A program made the translations under genes and the position numbers. A DNA stretch of 64,000 bases from an uncultured delta proteobacterium (GTDB taxonomy: Bacteria > Myxococcota_A > Polyangia > Haliangiales > Haliangiaceae), in NCBI GenBank assembly GCA_963848295.1, contig CAWKDB010000010.1, positions 4,480,001 to 4,544,000 of the forward strand, given 5' to 3'. Every line of letters starts with the position of its first letter. The first letter of the stretch is position 1. The notes beneath the pieces are model-generated. The model made no database searches and was not told where the DNA came from. It saw nothing but the letters and a program-made list of their open reading frames with translations. Shown here piece by piece: positions 48,731 through 57,941 of the stretch.

Positions 48731-49516
48731 TCATCGCCTCGAACGAGGTCGTCGTGTTCCCTGGCGAGGGAAGGGTGTCGTTCGCCGGGCGCGCCGCGCC
48801 GGTGACTTCCGACCTGCGCGAGCTGCGCGAGTTGCGCGAGTTGCGCGAGCTGACGGAGCTCGCCGGTGCGCGCGCTGTTCACGCGCGACTTCGGCTTTCG
48901 ACATCGCCCAACTGCAGATCGGACAATCCGCCGGCGAGTGTCCCCGTGCGGGACAGTAGGTGCGGCCGAAGTAGATGATCTGGAGGTGCAATGCGCTCCA
49001 CCGATCGCGCGGAAACAGCGCTTTGAGGTCGCGTTCGGTTTGCTCGACGTTACGCGCTGCAGATAGCTGCCAGCGGCGCGCGAGGCGATGGATATGCGTG
49101 TCGACCGGGAACGCCGGTTCGCCGAACGCCTGCGCCATCACGACGCTCGCGGTCTTGTGGCCGACCCCGGCGAGCCCCTCGAGCGCAGCGAAGTCGCGCG
49201 GCACCTCGCCGCGGTGCTCCGTGACAACGGCGCGAGCGAGCGCCGCGAGGTGCTTCGCCTTGCTGCCGGCGAGCCCGCAGGTGCGGATGAACGGCAAGAT
49301 CTGCGCTGGAGTCATCTGCGCCATCACCGCGGCGGTCGGCGCGCGCGCGAACAGCGCCGGTGTGACCTGGTTGACGCGCGCGTCGGTGCACTGCGCGGAC
49401 AGCACGACTGCAACGATCAGCTGGAACGGGTCGCCGTGATCGAGCGGGATCGCCGGCTCCGGAAACTTGTCTTCGAGGATCGCCGCGATTCTTGCGGCGC
49501 GCTGTTGGCGATTCAT
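48731..49516 (-). CDS. nth: Endonuclease III with Arg/Ala-rich C-terminal tail
   Basis: LSAQCTDARVN, HhH LAGVGHKTASVV, PVDTHIHR, GRTYCPARGH...CPIC. Confidence 0.93.
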   Translation of the reverse strand: MNRQQRAARIAAILEDKFPEPAIPLDHGDPFQLIVAVVLSAQCTDARVNQVTPALFARAPTAAVMAQMTPAQILPFIRTCGLAGSKAKHLAALARAVVTEHRGEVPRDFAALEGLAGVGHKTASVVMAQAFGEPAFPVDTHIHRLARRWQLSAARNVEQTERDLKALFPRDRWSALHLQIIYFGRTYCPARGHSPADCPICSWAMSKAEVAREQRAHRRAPSARATRATRAARAGRKSPARRARRTTPFPRQGTRRPRSRR

Positions 49517-49628
49517 GACGCGCGATTCCAAGTCGACAAGGATCGCCGCGACTGTTGCGGCGCGCTGTACGGTTACATCACCCTCGGTCGAAGACATCGA
49601 GGATCGCCGCGATCTTGCCGCTCGCTGT
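49476..49628. repeat. Three copies of a ~30-bp palindromic unit, period 61-63 bp, overlapping the nth 5' end
   Basis: AGGATCGCCGCGATTCTTGCGGCGCGCTGT at 49476-49505; 28/30 copy at 49539-49568; copy with 1 gap and 2 mismatches at 49600-49628. Confidence 0.85.
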
Positions 49629-49695
49629 TCGCATTTTACGGCGTGCGTTTCAGGCCGGCGCTCGCGGGCGAGGTAGGGTATGGGCGTTCCCGGCC

Positions 49696-49893
49696 GGTGC
49701 GCGCGCGTTCTCAGCGGGTGCGCGCGCTCTCGGCGGGTGCGCCCGCGTTCTCGGCGGGTGCGCGCGCTCTCTCGGCGGGTGCGCGCGCGTTCTCAGCGGG
49801 TGCGCGCGCTCTCGGCGGGTGCGCCCGCGTTCTCGGCGGGTGCGCGCGCTCTCTCGGCGGGTGCGCCCGCGTTCTCGGCGGGTGCGCGCGCGT
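49696..49893. repeat. 19-21-bp GC-rich tandem array (~9.5 units) with an 82-bp higher-order period
   Basis: Units GGTGCGC(G/C)CGC...CTC(A/G)GCG in the order A-B-C-D-A-B-C-D-C-A(partial). Confidence 0.95.
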
Positions 49894-49922
49894 CGTGCCG
49901 AGACGGCGAGACCACGTGGCGG

Positions 49923-52900
49923 TCACAGCGGCAAGGCGGCTTGCGGCGCGGTCACGGTGGGACGCGGCGGCGGGAAGTACGTCAGCTCCTCGTCGACCCG
50001 GGCGCCGGTCATCAGCGGCACGCGGTGGACGAGCTCGCCGGCTTCGAGTGACGCGACCGGATGGCCATCGAGATACAACACCGCGTTGCCGACGATCGCG
50101 GCGACCCGCGGGCCCGGCGACAACACGCCGACGAGGTTCAGCGGATCGGTCGCCGCGATGCGCACGGCTTCGCCGCCGCCGCCGATCGCCGGGTTGCGGA
50201 CCGCGCGCAATTCGTCGAGCGCTTCGGGTAGCGCGAACTGCTCGCCGATGAACCCGGTAACGAATCGGCCGCCGCGGATCTCGCCGCGCGCCTCGAGGCG
50301 ACGCAAGGCCACGAGCAGATCGCGCCATGGCGGCAACCCGGATTCGCGCAGTAACAAGTCGCGGAACACGACGCCGTAGCGGCGCAGCAGCTGGCGCGCC
50401 GACGCTTCGACGTCGATCGCTTCGATCGGCGCCGGTGCGAGCAACGACCAGCGACCCGATGCGGTCGGCAACGAGCGCAACGCGTGTCCGGGGCGCGCGC
50501 GGTCGCGATGGCGCGCTCGCTTGATCGCGTCTTGCCACTTGCGGACGGTTGGCGGAGTCGACGCGCGATCGAAGTGACTCTTGACCTCGCCACGGCGGCG
50601 ATCGACGAGCACGCGCAAGCTCGCGAAGCCGTCGGCGGTCGCGATGCCGGCGCCGACGAGCTCCCACAGGGCATCCTCGACCTCGTCGGGCGGAGCATCG
50701 ATCGCCGCGACGAGATCGCCGAGGAATGACGCACCGGTCGACGCGAGGTAGTCGCGGACACGGGCCGCGATCGGTCCGAGCGCCGGTGGCTCGGCGGACA
50801 GCGCGGCGGCACGCAACCACGCCGAGTCCGCGCGCAGCATCAGGGTCAGCGGCGCCGAGCGAGAGGGTGCACTGCGCGTCTTCGGCGCGCCGGGCGTCGC
50901 TTCGACAGAGGCGCGGGGCCCGTCGGTAGGGCTACCCGCGAGGGGCGAGCCGCTGCGGTCGACGCGCGCGACGGCACGATCCCACGCGGAGACCGGTACG
51001 GCTGGTGTCTCGACGGTCGAGACGCGCGCCCGGCCATCAGCACGGTCGGAGGGCGGCGCGGTTAGATCGATCGCCGGGACGCGCGCTCGGCCATCAGCAC
51101 GGTCGGAGGGCGGCGCGGTTAGATCGATCGCCGGGACGTGCGCCCGGCCGGGTGGCAGCGCGGTGAGATCGACGTCGGGGTTCTCGTTCGAGTTTGCGGG
51201 CACCGCTGGCTTGCGCTGCGCGTGAACGGTCGCCACGTCGGCGACCGTGCTGGCGTCGCCGATCTCGGGCTCGGTTTCGGCCGCGGGCTTGCGCGGGCTC
51301 AGCCGACACCACGTGACATGGCCAGCGAGGCACATCTGATCGAGCCAGCTCGGATCGTAGCCGTGCAAGCGCGCCGGCAAGAGCTCGCGCTCCCAGGCTC
51401 CGGCCGCGGTCTCGAACCCCTGCAGCTGCTCGACGACGCGCGCGAGCCCGTCCGCACCGATCACCTGCGTGTGGCGGGCGACGCGTTGCCAGCGCAACAA
51501 GAAGCGCATCAACGCCGCGGCGCTGACCGGCTCGATCTCGCGCCGCAACCGGGCGAGCGTCAGGCGATGGATGCGCGCGAGCACGCGGCGATTGCACCAC
51601 TCGACGTCGGCGAGCGCATCGTCGATCTCGGCGAGCGCCTGCTTCACGCTGCGCGGCGGCGCGGAAAAGCTACCGCGCAAGATCGCGCCATCGGCTTCGA
51701 GTGCGAGCAGCGCGGCGAGCACGTCGGGCAGCGGTAGCCCGAGCTCGGCGGCGAGCGCGCGCGAGCCGATCGGCCCGCGATGATCGAGGTGCGAGCCGAT
51801 CAGCTTGACGATCGCGGCCTCGCGCTCGGGCACATCGGCCCATGCCGGCGTCCCGATCGCAGGCGTGCATTCGACCGCTTCGCCGAGCATCGCGCGCGCG
51901 GCACCGAGGCGCTCAGTCGCGACCCACGCGGCGCAATCGCTATCGCCGTTCGTCCAACGCAGGCGGCACGCGCGACCCGCGCGCGCGAGCGTCTCGAACC
52001 AATCGCGCGGTGCGAGCGCCTCGGCGGCGGGCTCGGGCAATAGCCACAGCGCGAGCAACGCATCGTGCAGCTCGTCGATGTCGCGCACGGTCGGCGCGAC
52101 CTCCTCGGAGGCGAGCGCGATCGCCGCGTCGTCGAGCTGGCCCGACGCTTCGACGGCTTCGGCCGGCAAGCCGCGGCGCAATTGCACCGCGCGCGTTCGG
52201 CGCTCTTCGAGCGGCGCGTCGTCGAGAAACGCATACGGGTTTGCATTGAGCAGCTCGTGCGACAACGGGCTCGGCTCGACCGTGTCGCGCGTCATCACCT
52301 GGATCGCGCCGCTCTCGAGTTGCTCGAGCATGCCGCGCAGACCCTCGACGTCCATCGCCTCGACGAGGCAATCGCGCACGGTCTCGAAGACGAGCGGATG
52401 GTCCGGCACTTCGCGCGGTCCGACGATGTTCTCGCCGCACGCGAGCGCTTGCGGGAACACGACGCTCAACGTATCGGCGGCGCGCATCTTGATCAGATGC
52501 GGCGGCACCTTCTTGCCGTTCTTGCGACGCAGCACCGCGAGCGAACGCGTCACGTTCCACCGCCAGCGAATCTCGAACATCGGGCGATCGAGCAGCGCTT
52601 GCACGAGCGTCTCTCGCGCCTGGCCCGACGGCACGTACGCGAACACGCTGTCCAGTGCGAAGCTGTGCGGCTGGCCGAGCGAGATCACGATGCCGTCGTC
52701 GGTCGCCGACGCTTGCAGCTCGAAGTCGAACGACACGCAGAACTTCTTGCGCAGCGCCAAGCCCCACGCGCGATTGATCCGGCCGCCGAGCGGCGAGTGC
52801 AACACGAGCTGCATGCCGCCGGCTTCGTCGAAGAATCGCTCGGCGATGATCAAGTCGCCGCGCGGCAACGCACCGAGCGCGGCGCGCGACGCGGTCATGT

Positions 52901-54761
52901 ACGCGACCACCTGCTGAGCCGCGCGCAACGACATCGAACATTCGGCGGCGACCCACGCCGAGATCAGCAGCGGATCGTTGCCCGCGGTGATCCGCTCGTC
53001 GAGTTGCTGGCGCAGCGCCGAGACCTCGTCGGACAGCTCGCGCGTGCGCGCCGGCGCTTCGCCGAACCAGAACGGGATCGTCGGCGGTTGGCCCTTCGCA
53101 TCTTCGACCAGCACGCGGCCCGCTTCGATCCGGCGAATTCGCCACGACGTGTTGCCGAGCTGGAAGATGTCGCCGGCCGAGCTCTCGATCGCGAAGTCTT
53201 CGTCGACCGTCCCGACCTGGGTCTCCTCGGGCCACTGGATGACGTTGTAGTTGTTGTTATCGGGAATCGCGCCGCCCGACGTGATCGCCGCGAGTCGCGC
53301 ACCGCGTCGTCCGCGCAGCACGCCGGCGATGCGGTCGCGATGGACATGCGCGCCGGTGCGCCCGCGGCGATCGGACACGCCCTCGGCGAGCATGACGAGC
53401 ACTTGCTCGAGCTGCGCGTCGGGAAGCTCGGCGTACGGCGTGGCGCGGCGGACGAGCGCGACCAGCTCCGGCTCGCTGATCTCCTCGGCGGCGCAGATCG
53501 CGACGATCTGCTGCGCCAGGATATCGAGCGGCGCTTCGCGCAACGCGATGCGATCGAGGTTGCCGTGGCGGATACCGCGGACGAGCGCGGCGCACTCCAT
53601 CAGCTGATCGCGGGTGAGCGCGAACAGTCGCCCCTTGGGGGTTCCCCCGAGGTTGTGGCCCGAGCGGCCGACGCGTTGCAGCAGCGTCGCGATCGAACGC
53701 GGCGAGCCGATTTGGACGACGAGATCGACGGTGCCGACGTCGATGCCGAGCTCGAGCGAAGCGGTCGCAACCGCGCACTTCACTTGGCCATGCTTGAGCC
53801 GCTGCTCGGCGGCGAGCCGCAGCGTGCGCGACATCGAGCCGTGGTGCGCGACGACATGCTCCTCGCCGAGCCGTTGCTCGAGCGCCGCGGCGACGCGCTC
53901 CACCAACCGTCGAGTATTCACGAACACGATCGTCGAGCGGTGCGCGGTCACGAGCTCCGCGATTCGATCGTAGACCCGGCCGAACTGCTCGTTCGAGGCG
54001 ACCGCACCGAGCTCGTCGTCGGTGATCTCGATCGCGAGATCGAGCTCGCGGCGATGGCCGGAGTCGACGATGTGAGGCAGCGGCCGCGCCGTCCCGACGA
54101 GCAAGCGCGCGATCCGCTCGATCGGCCGCTGGGTCGCCGACAGCCCGACGCGGACCGGCGCTCGCCCGGTCGTGGTCGTCACCAACCGATCCAGCCGTTC
54201 GAGCGACAGCGCGAGGTGACAGCCGCGCTTGTCGCCGGCGACCGCGTGGATCTCGTCGACGATCACGGTGTCGACGTGCGCGAGCGCGGCGCGCCCGCTC
54301 TGGCTCGTCAGCAAGATGTAGAGCGACTCCGGCGTCGTCACCAGGATGTGCGGCGGATGCTTCGCCATCTTCGCGCGCTCGCCGGCCGGCGTGTCACCGG
54401 TGCGGACCGCGACGCGGATCGGCGGGAACTTCACGCCGTCCTTCGCGGCACGCTCGGCGAGCTCGGCGAGCGGCGCTTCGAGGTTGCGATGGACGTCGTT
54501 CGACAACGCCTTGAGCGGCGATACGTAGAGGATCGCGGTGCGATCCGGCAGCGGTCCGGCGAGTCCGCGGCAGACGAGCTGATCCATGCACGACAAGAAC
54601 GCGGCGAGCGTCTTGCCCGATCCGGTCGGCGCCGCGATCAGGACGTCTTCGCGCGCGGCGATCTTCGGCCAGCCGACGCGTTGCGCCTCGGTCGGCGCGC
54701 CGAACCGGTCGCGAAACCAGCCAGCGACGAGCGGGTGAAACCCGTCGAGGACATCGAGCAT
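49923..54761 (-). CDS. lhr: Full-length Lhr-type SF2 helicase with C-terminal winged-helix / glycosylase-like region
   Basis: APTGSGKT, SPLKAL, TTPESL, DEIH, GLSAT, HHGS, LELGIDVG, QRVGRSGH; C-terminal LLRRYGVVFRD and RGGRFV..GEQFA. Confidence 0.9.
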   Translation of the reverse strand: MLDVLDGFHPLVAGWFRDRFGAPTEAQRVGWPKIAAREDVLIAAPTGSGKTLAAFLSCMDQLVCRGLAGPLPDRTAILYVSPLKALSNDVHRNLEAPLAELAERAAKDGVKFPPIRVAVRTGDTPAGERAKMAKHPPHILVTTPESLYILLTSQSGRAALAHVDTVIVDEIHAVAGDKRGCHLALSLERLDRLVTTTTGRAPVRVGLSATQRPIERIARLLVGTARPLPHIVDSGHRRELDLAIEITDDELGAVASNEQFGRVYDRIAELVTAHRSTIVFVNTRRLVERVAAALEQRLGEEHVVAHHGSMSRTLRLAAEQRLKHGQVKCAVATASLELGIDVGTVDLVVQIGSPRSIATLLQRVGRSGHNLGGTPKGRLFALTRDQLMECAALVRGIRHGNLDRIALREAPLDILAQQIVAICAAEEISEPELVALVRRATPYAELPDAQLEQVLVMLAEGVSDRRGRTGAHVHRDRIAGVLRGRRGARLAAITSGGAIPDNNNYNVIQWPEETQVGTVDEDFAIESSAGDIFQLGNTSWRIRRIEAGRVLVEDAKGQPPTIPFWFGEAPARTRELSDEVSALRQQLDERITAGNDPLLISAWVAAECSMSLRAAQQVVAYMTASRAALGALPRGDLIIAERFFDEAGGMQLVLHSPLGGRINRAWGLALRKKFCVSFDFELQASATDDGIVISLGQPHSFALDSVFAYVPSGQARETLVQALLDRPMFEIRWRWNVTRSLAVLRRKNGKKVPPHLIKMRAADTLSVVFPQALACGENIVGPREVPDHPLVFETVRDCLVEAMDVEGLRGMLEQLESGAIQVMTRDTVEPSPLSHELLNANPYAFLDDAPLEERRTRAVQLRRGLPAEAVEASGQLDDAAIALASEEVAPTVRDIDELHDALLALWLLPEPAAEALAPRDWFETLARAGRACRLRWTNGDSDCAAWVATERLGAARAMLGEAVECTPAIGTPAWADVPEREAAIVKLIGSHLDHRGPIGSRALAAELGLPLPDVLAALLALEADGAILRGSFSAPPRSVKQALAEIDDALADVEWCNRRVLARIHRLTLARLRREIEPVSAAALMRFLLRWQRVARHTQVIGADGLARVVEQLQGFETAAGAWERELLPARLHGYDPSWLDQMCLAGHVTWCRLSPRKPAAETEPEIGDASTVADVATVHAQRKPAVPANSNENPDVDLTALPPGRAHVPAIDLTAPPSDRADGRARVPAIDLTAPPSDRADGRARVSTVETPAVPVSAWDRAVARVDRSGSPLAGSPTDGPRASVEATPGAPKTRSAPSRSAPLTLMLRADSAWLRAAALSAEPPALGPIAARVRDYLASTGASFLGDLVAAIDAPPDEVEDALWELVGAGIATADGFASLRVLVDRRRGEVKSHFDRASTPPTVRKWQDAIKRARHRDRARPGHALRSLPTASGRWSLLAPAPIEAIDVEASARQLLRRYGVVFRDLLLRESGLPPWRDLLVALRRLEARGEIRGGRFVTGFIGEQFALPEALDELRAVRNPAIGGGGEAVRIAATDPLNLVGVLSPGPRVAAIVGNAVLYLDGHPVASLEAGELVHRVPLMTGARVDEELTYFPPPRPTVTAPQAALPL
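51021..51149. repeat. In-frame 57-bp tandem duplication inside lhr
   Basis: Encodes VPAIDLTAPPSDRADGRAR twice, preceded by the degenerate VDLTALPPGRA. Confidence 0.9.
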
Positions 54762-54819
54762 GCAGACGCCGAGAGTACCTCACCGCGGCCGATCCGGCAT
54801 GAGGAGATCTCCTCGGTCG

Positions 54820-55395
54820 CTACGGCGCGGCGGCGGGCATCGCGATCGGACGGATGCTGTCGCACAGGGTCGCCGAGTCGAGCGCGGGACGGAATGACCG
54901 GGTCAGGTATGCGAAGTCATCGTCCGCGTGGGTGTCGCCGAGTTGGCGCCGGATACAAGTCGCGCGGATCATCAGGTCCTTTGCGTGCTTGTCGCCGGCG
55001 TAGTTCTTCGCGAACGTTTCGTAAGCATCGGCCGCGCGATCGAACAGCGCGGCAGCTTCGCAGGCGCTACCGAGATCGCGCTGCGCTTCGCTCGCATTCG
55101 GGCTCTTGGGCGCGTACCTGAGGAACACGATCCAGTTATGGATCGCCGCGCCGAGCGCGCCGGCAGTGCGGAAGCACTTCGCGGCAAGCGCGGTTCGCTC
55201 GATCTCGTGCTGGGGATCCTTGTTGTACTCGTCGAGAATCAAGCTGCACATGGACGTGTCGGGCGCGACCTTCGGCAGGGCCGCTCGGACCGCCGTGGTG
55301 ATCGCGGTGATCTGGGGCTTGCTCAGCGCCTCCTTGTAGGGCGCCGCGGAGACCGTGGCGGTGAGCGCGAGGGTGACCACGAGAACGCGAGACAT
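54820..55395 (-). CDS. Secreted TPR-like protein
   Basis: Signal peptide; FLRYAPKSPNASEA and YETFAKNY resemble BamD/CpoB-type TPR helices. Confidence 0.7.
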   Translation of the reverse strand: MSRVLVVTLALTATVSAAPYKEALSKPQITAITTAVRAALPKVAPDTSMCSLILDEYNKDPQHEIERTALAAKCFRTAGALGAAIHNWIVFLRYAPKSPNASEAQRDLGSACEAAALFDRAADAYETFAKNYAGDKHAKDLMIRATCIRRQLGDTHADDDFAYLTRSFRPALDSATLCDSIRPIAMPAAAP

Positions 55396-55451
55396 GCGCG
55401 CTACCGTAGCTCAGCGCGGACGGTGGCGGCCATGCATATACTCGCGCCGCC

Positions 55452-56474
55452 ATGCGCTATCCCCTCGCCGCGATCATCATCGGGCTGACCTCGTTTGCCT
55501 GCGGCAAGCACGCCGCGCCCGCGTCCGGATCCGCCGGCTCGGCGGCGCCGCCGGCTGGTTCTGGATCGGCCGGTTCGGGCACGGCCGCACCCGCCGCGCC
55601 AGCCGTCGCGTCGCTGGTCGCCGATCCGGTGCCGCAGAGCGAGGCGCACGCGCTCGCGCTCGCGACGTGCCCGAGACTCGATCACCCGACGTACTTCGCG
55701 ATCTCGAGAGCCGGCAAGAGCTCTCACATGTTCGGCACCCGCCATTTCGGCATCGGCATCGATCGCATCCCGCCGCAGATCGTCGCCGACATCGAAGCCG
55801 CGAAGGTCGCGTACTTCGAGACGCCGCCGGGCGACGATGGCTCGGTCAAAGATCCCGTCGTCGATCTGCCGGCGATGCTAGGCGCACCGGCGTGGCGCCA
55901 CTTGCGCGAGCTGATCGGCACCGACAAGGCGGGTCAGCTCGAGCACATGCCCCCGATGTTCGCGGCGGTGCTGTTGCCTTCGCTCTACGAAGATCTCACC
56001 GACGCGCTCGACGACGAGCTCGCGAACGCGGCGACCGACGCGAAGGTCCCGACGAAAGGGCTCGAGTCGGGATTGTTCCAGGATCAGGTGCTGCACCAGA
56101 CCTTCACCACGGACGTCGCCCGCGCGATCATCATGGCGACGAAGACGCGCGACGAGATCAAGACCGCGACGGTCAAGGAGCTCGGTGACTATTGCGCCGG
56201 CCATCCCGGCAACGGCGGGTTCGACGATCTGACTCGGCACTACTTCGCGGTCGCCGGCTACGACGCCAAGAAGATCGACGCGATCGAGTCCGAGCTCGTG
56301 TTCGATCGAACGAGCAAGTGGGTGCCCGAGCTCGAGCCGGCGCTCGCCGCGGGCGGTGCGTTCATCGCGATCGGCGCCGATCACATCGTCGGCGACAAGG
56401 GGCTCGCGAGCCTGTTGACCAAAGCCGGCTACAAGGTCACGCCGGTGAGCTTCCCGCTGCCGTCAGCGAAGTAG
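55452..56474 (+). CDS. TraB/GumN (TIKI-like) family lipoprotein
   Basis: SFAC lipobox; HMFGTRH, GLES, LVFDRTSKW, FIAIGADHIVGDKGL...KAGYKV. Confidence 0.85.
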   Translation: MRYPLAAIIIGLTSFACGKHAAPASGSAGSAAPPAGSGSAGSGTAAPAAPAVASLVADPVPQSEAHALALATCPRLDHPTYFAISRAGKSSHMFGTRHFGIGIDRIPPQIVADIEAAKVAYFETPPGDDGSVKDPVVDLPAMLGAPAWRHLRELIGTDKAGQLEHMPPMFAAVLLPSLYEDLTDALDDELANAATDAKVPTKGLESGLFQDQVLHQTFTTDVARAIIMATKTRDEIKTATVKELGDYCAGHPGNGGFDDLTRHYFAVAGYDAKKIDAIESELVFDRTSKWVPELEPALAAGGAFIAIGADHIVGDKGLASLLTKAGYKVTPVSFPLPSAK

Positions 56475-57089
56475 CGAGCGGTCCTTCGTGTAGTGGTAGC
56501 GCAGCTGATCGTCGTCGTAGCGATACGCGCGGCCGACCGGGCACGCATCGCGCACCGCGAGCCACGCGCGCCAATCGTTCGGAGTCGCGAGCGCGCGAGC
56601 GAGCGCATCGGTGCACGGTGCGCCACACGTGCAGGCCGGGCGCGCGGGGTGGTTCACCGGTGGCTCGCCGGCGACGAGGATGATCGCGCGCAACGCGAAC
56701 CACGGGCCGAACGTCGGATGGATGACGAGCCCGGTCGGCGCGAGCGAGCCGAGGCCGGCCGCCATCGCGATGCGTTGAAATGGCACGAACGCGCCGTCGT
56801 ACGTGCGATGGCTGTACAGCACGCGACCGCCGTGCGCCGCCGCGATCGCGTCGATCGTCTGCTCGGTATAGCGCTCGACCGGATCGGGTGACGCGAGCAA
56901 CGCCGGATCGGCGCGGCGCGCTGCGAGGAAGATCGGCCACAACGCACGCGTGTTACCGACGAGCACGCCGACCGGCCGCGCCTGATCCACGATCTCGACC
57001 TCGGTCGGAGGCGACAGCACGCGTGACGCCGCCGCAGCATCGAAGCGATGCGCGATGTCGAAGCCGGCGGCGGTGAGAGCGGGCACCAC
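56463..57089 (-). CDS. MMACHC/CblC-like cobalamin-binding protein
   Basis: LVGNTRALWPIF, PFQRIAMAAGL, IHPTFGPWFALRAII, WLAVRDA, YRYDDDQLRYHY. Confidence 0.65.
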   Translation of the reverse strand: MVPALTAAGFDIAHRFDAAAASRVLSPPTEVEIVDQARPVGVLVGNTRALWPIFLAARRADPALLASPDPVERYTEQTIDAIAAAHGGRVLYSHRTYDGAFVPFQRIAMAAGLGSLAPTGLVIHPTFGPWFALRAIILVAGEPPVNHPARPACTCGAPCTDALARALATPNDWRAWLAVRDACPVGRAYRYDDDQLRYHYTKDRSLLR

Positions 57090-57115
57090 GCCGCGACTGT
57101 GCCATCATCGCGACC

Positions 57116-57940
57116 GTGACGGCGCGTTTGCATCGCGAGACCGTGAGCCACGGGGCGGCCGCGGCGCCGGCGCCGACGCGTTGGTTGCTGCTGACCCACG
57201 GGTTTCTCGGGTCCGGCGGCAACTGGCGCGGGATCGCGCGCAAGCTCGTCGACCGCCGGCCCGATTGGGGGGTCGTGCTCGTCGATCTCCGGCACCACGG
57301 CCGGTCCGAGCCAGGCGATGACCCGCCGACGCTCGATGCCTGCGCGCACGATCTGCTCGCGCTGTGGAGCGACTTCGCGATCGCCGCGATCGCGGGCCAT
57401 AGCTTCGGCGGCAAGGTCGTGCTCGCGACGCGCGCGCTCGCGGCGGCGACGTTGCTCCAGACCTGGATGCTCGACGCGTCGCCGAGCTCGCATCCCGATC
57501 TGCGTCGCGATCCCGCGAACACCGTCGTGCGCGTGCTCGCCGAGCTCGAGCGGCTACCGAGGACGTGGGGCAAGCGCGAAGACTTCGTCGCCGCAGTCGT
57601 CGCCGCTGGCTTCGAGCAACCGTTCGCGCAGTGGCTCGCGATGAACGTCGTGCCGCAGCCGGGTGGCGGCTATGGACTGCGCCTCGATCTCGCCGCGATG
57701 CACGCGTTGCTCGACGACTACTACGCGCGCGATCTGTGGCCACAGCTGCTCGCACCCGAGCCCGGCGAGGTCGAGCTCGTCATCGCGAGCCGGCAGTCGG
57801 CGGTCAGCCAAGACGATCAGCTCCAGCTCGAAGGCGCGCCGGCGCACGTCCACGTCCATCACGTCGCCTCGGGCCATTGGCTCAACCTCGACGCGCCCGA
57901 AGCGATCGTCGGGCTGTTCACCGACCTGCTGCCGCGCTGA
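57116..57940 (+). CDS. Alpha/beta hydrolase (YbfF/ABHD11-like esterase)
   Basis: HGFLGSGGNW, DLRHHGRS, GHSFGGK nucleophile elbow, SGHW. Confidence 0.9.
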   Translation: MTARLHRETVSHGAAAAPAPTRWLLLTHGFLGSGGNWRGIARKLVDRRPDWGVVLVDLRHHGRSEPGDDPPTLDACAHDLLALWSDFAIAAIAGHSFGGKVVLATRALAAATLLQTWMLDASPSSHPDLRRDPANTVVRVLAELERLPRTWGKREDFVAAVVAAGFEQPFAQWLAMNVVPQPGGGYGLRLDLAAMHALLDDYYARDLWPQLLAPEPGEVELVIASRQSAVSQDDQLQLEGAPAHVHVHHVASGHWLNLDAPEAIVGLFTDLLPR

Positions 57941-57941
57941 C

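Noticed and set aside
48816..48851. 9-bp repeats (GCGCGAGYT) in the nth 3' region
   Set aside because: A short in-frame microsatellite encoding the low-complexity tail; no independent significance is evident.
49476..49628. Bona fide CRISPR array
   Set aside because: The intervening segments resemble each other, one repeat is nth coding sequence, and there is no leader or cas gene. Kept as a repeat finding instead.
49088..50820. ORFs running through the 19-21-bp array
   Set aside because: They are low-complexity translations overlapping nth and lhr, and the 19-bp units break frame periodicity.
56463..57089. Epoxyqueuosine reductase QueG or reductive dehalogenase
   Set aside because: Too short and lacks the two CxxCxxC Fe-S motifs.
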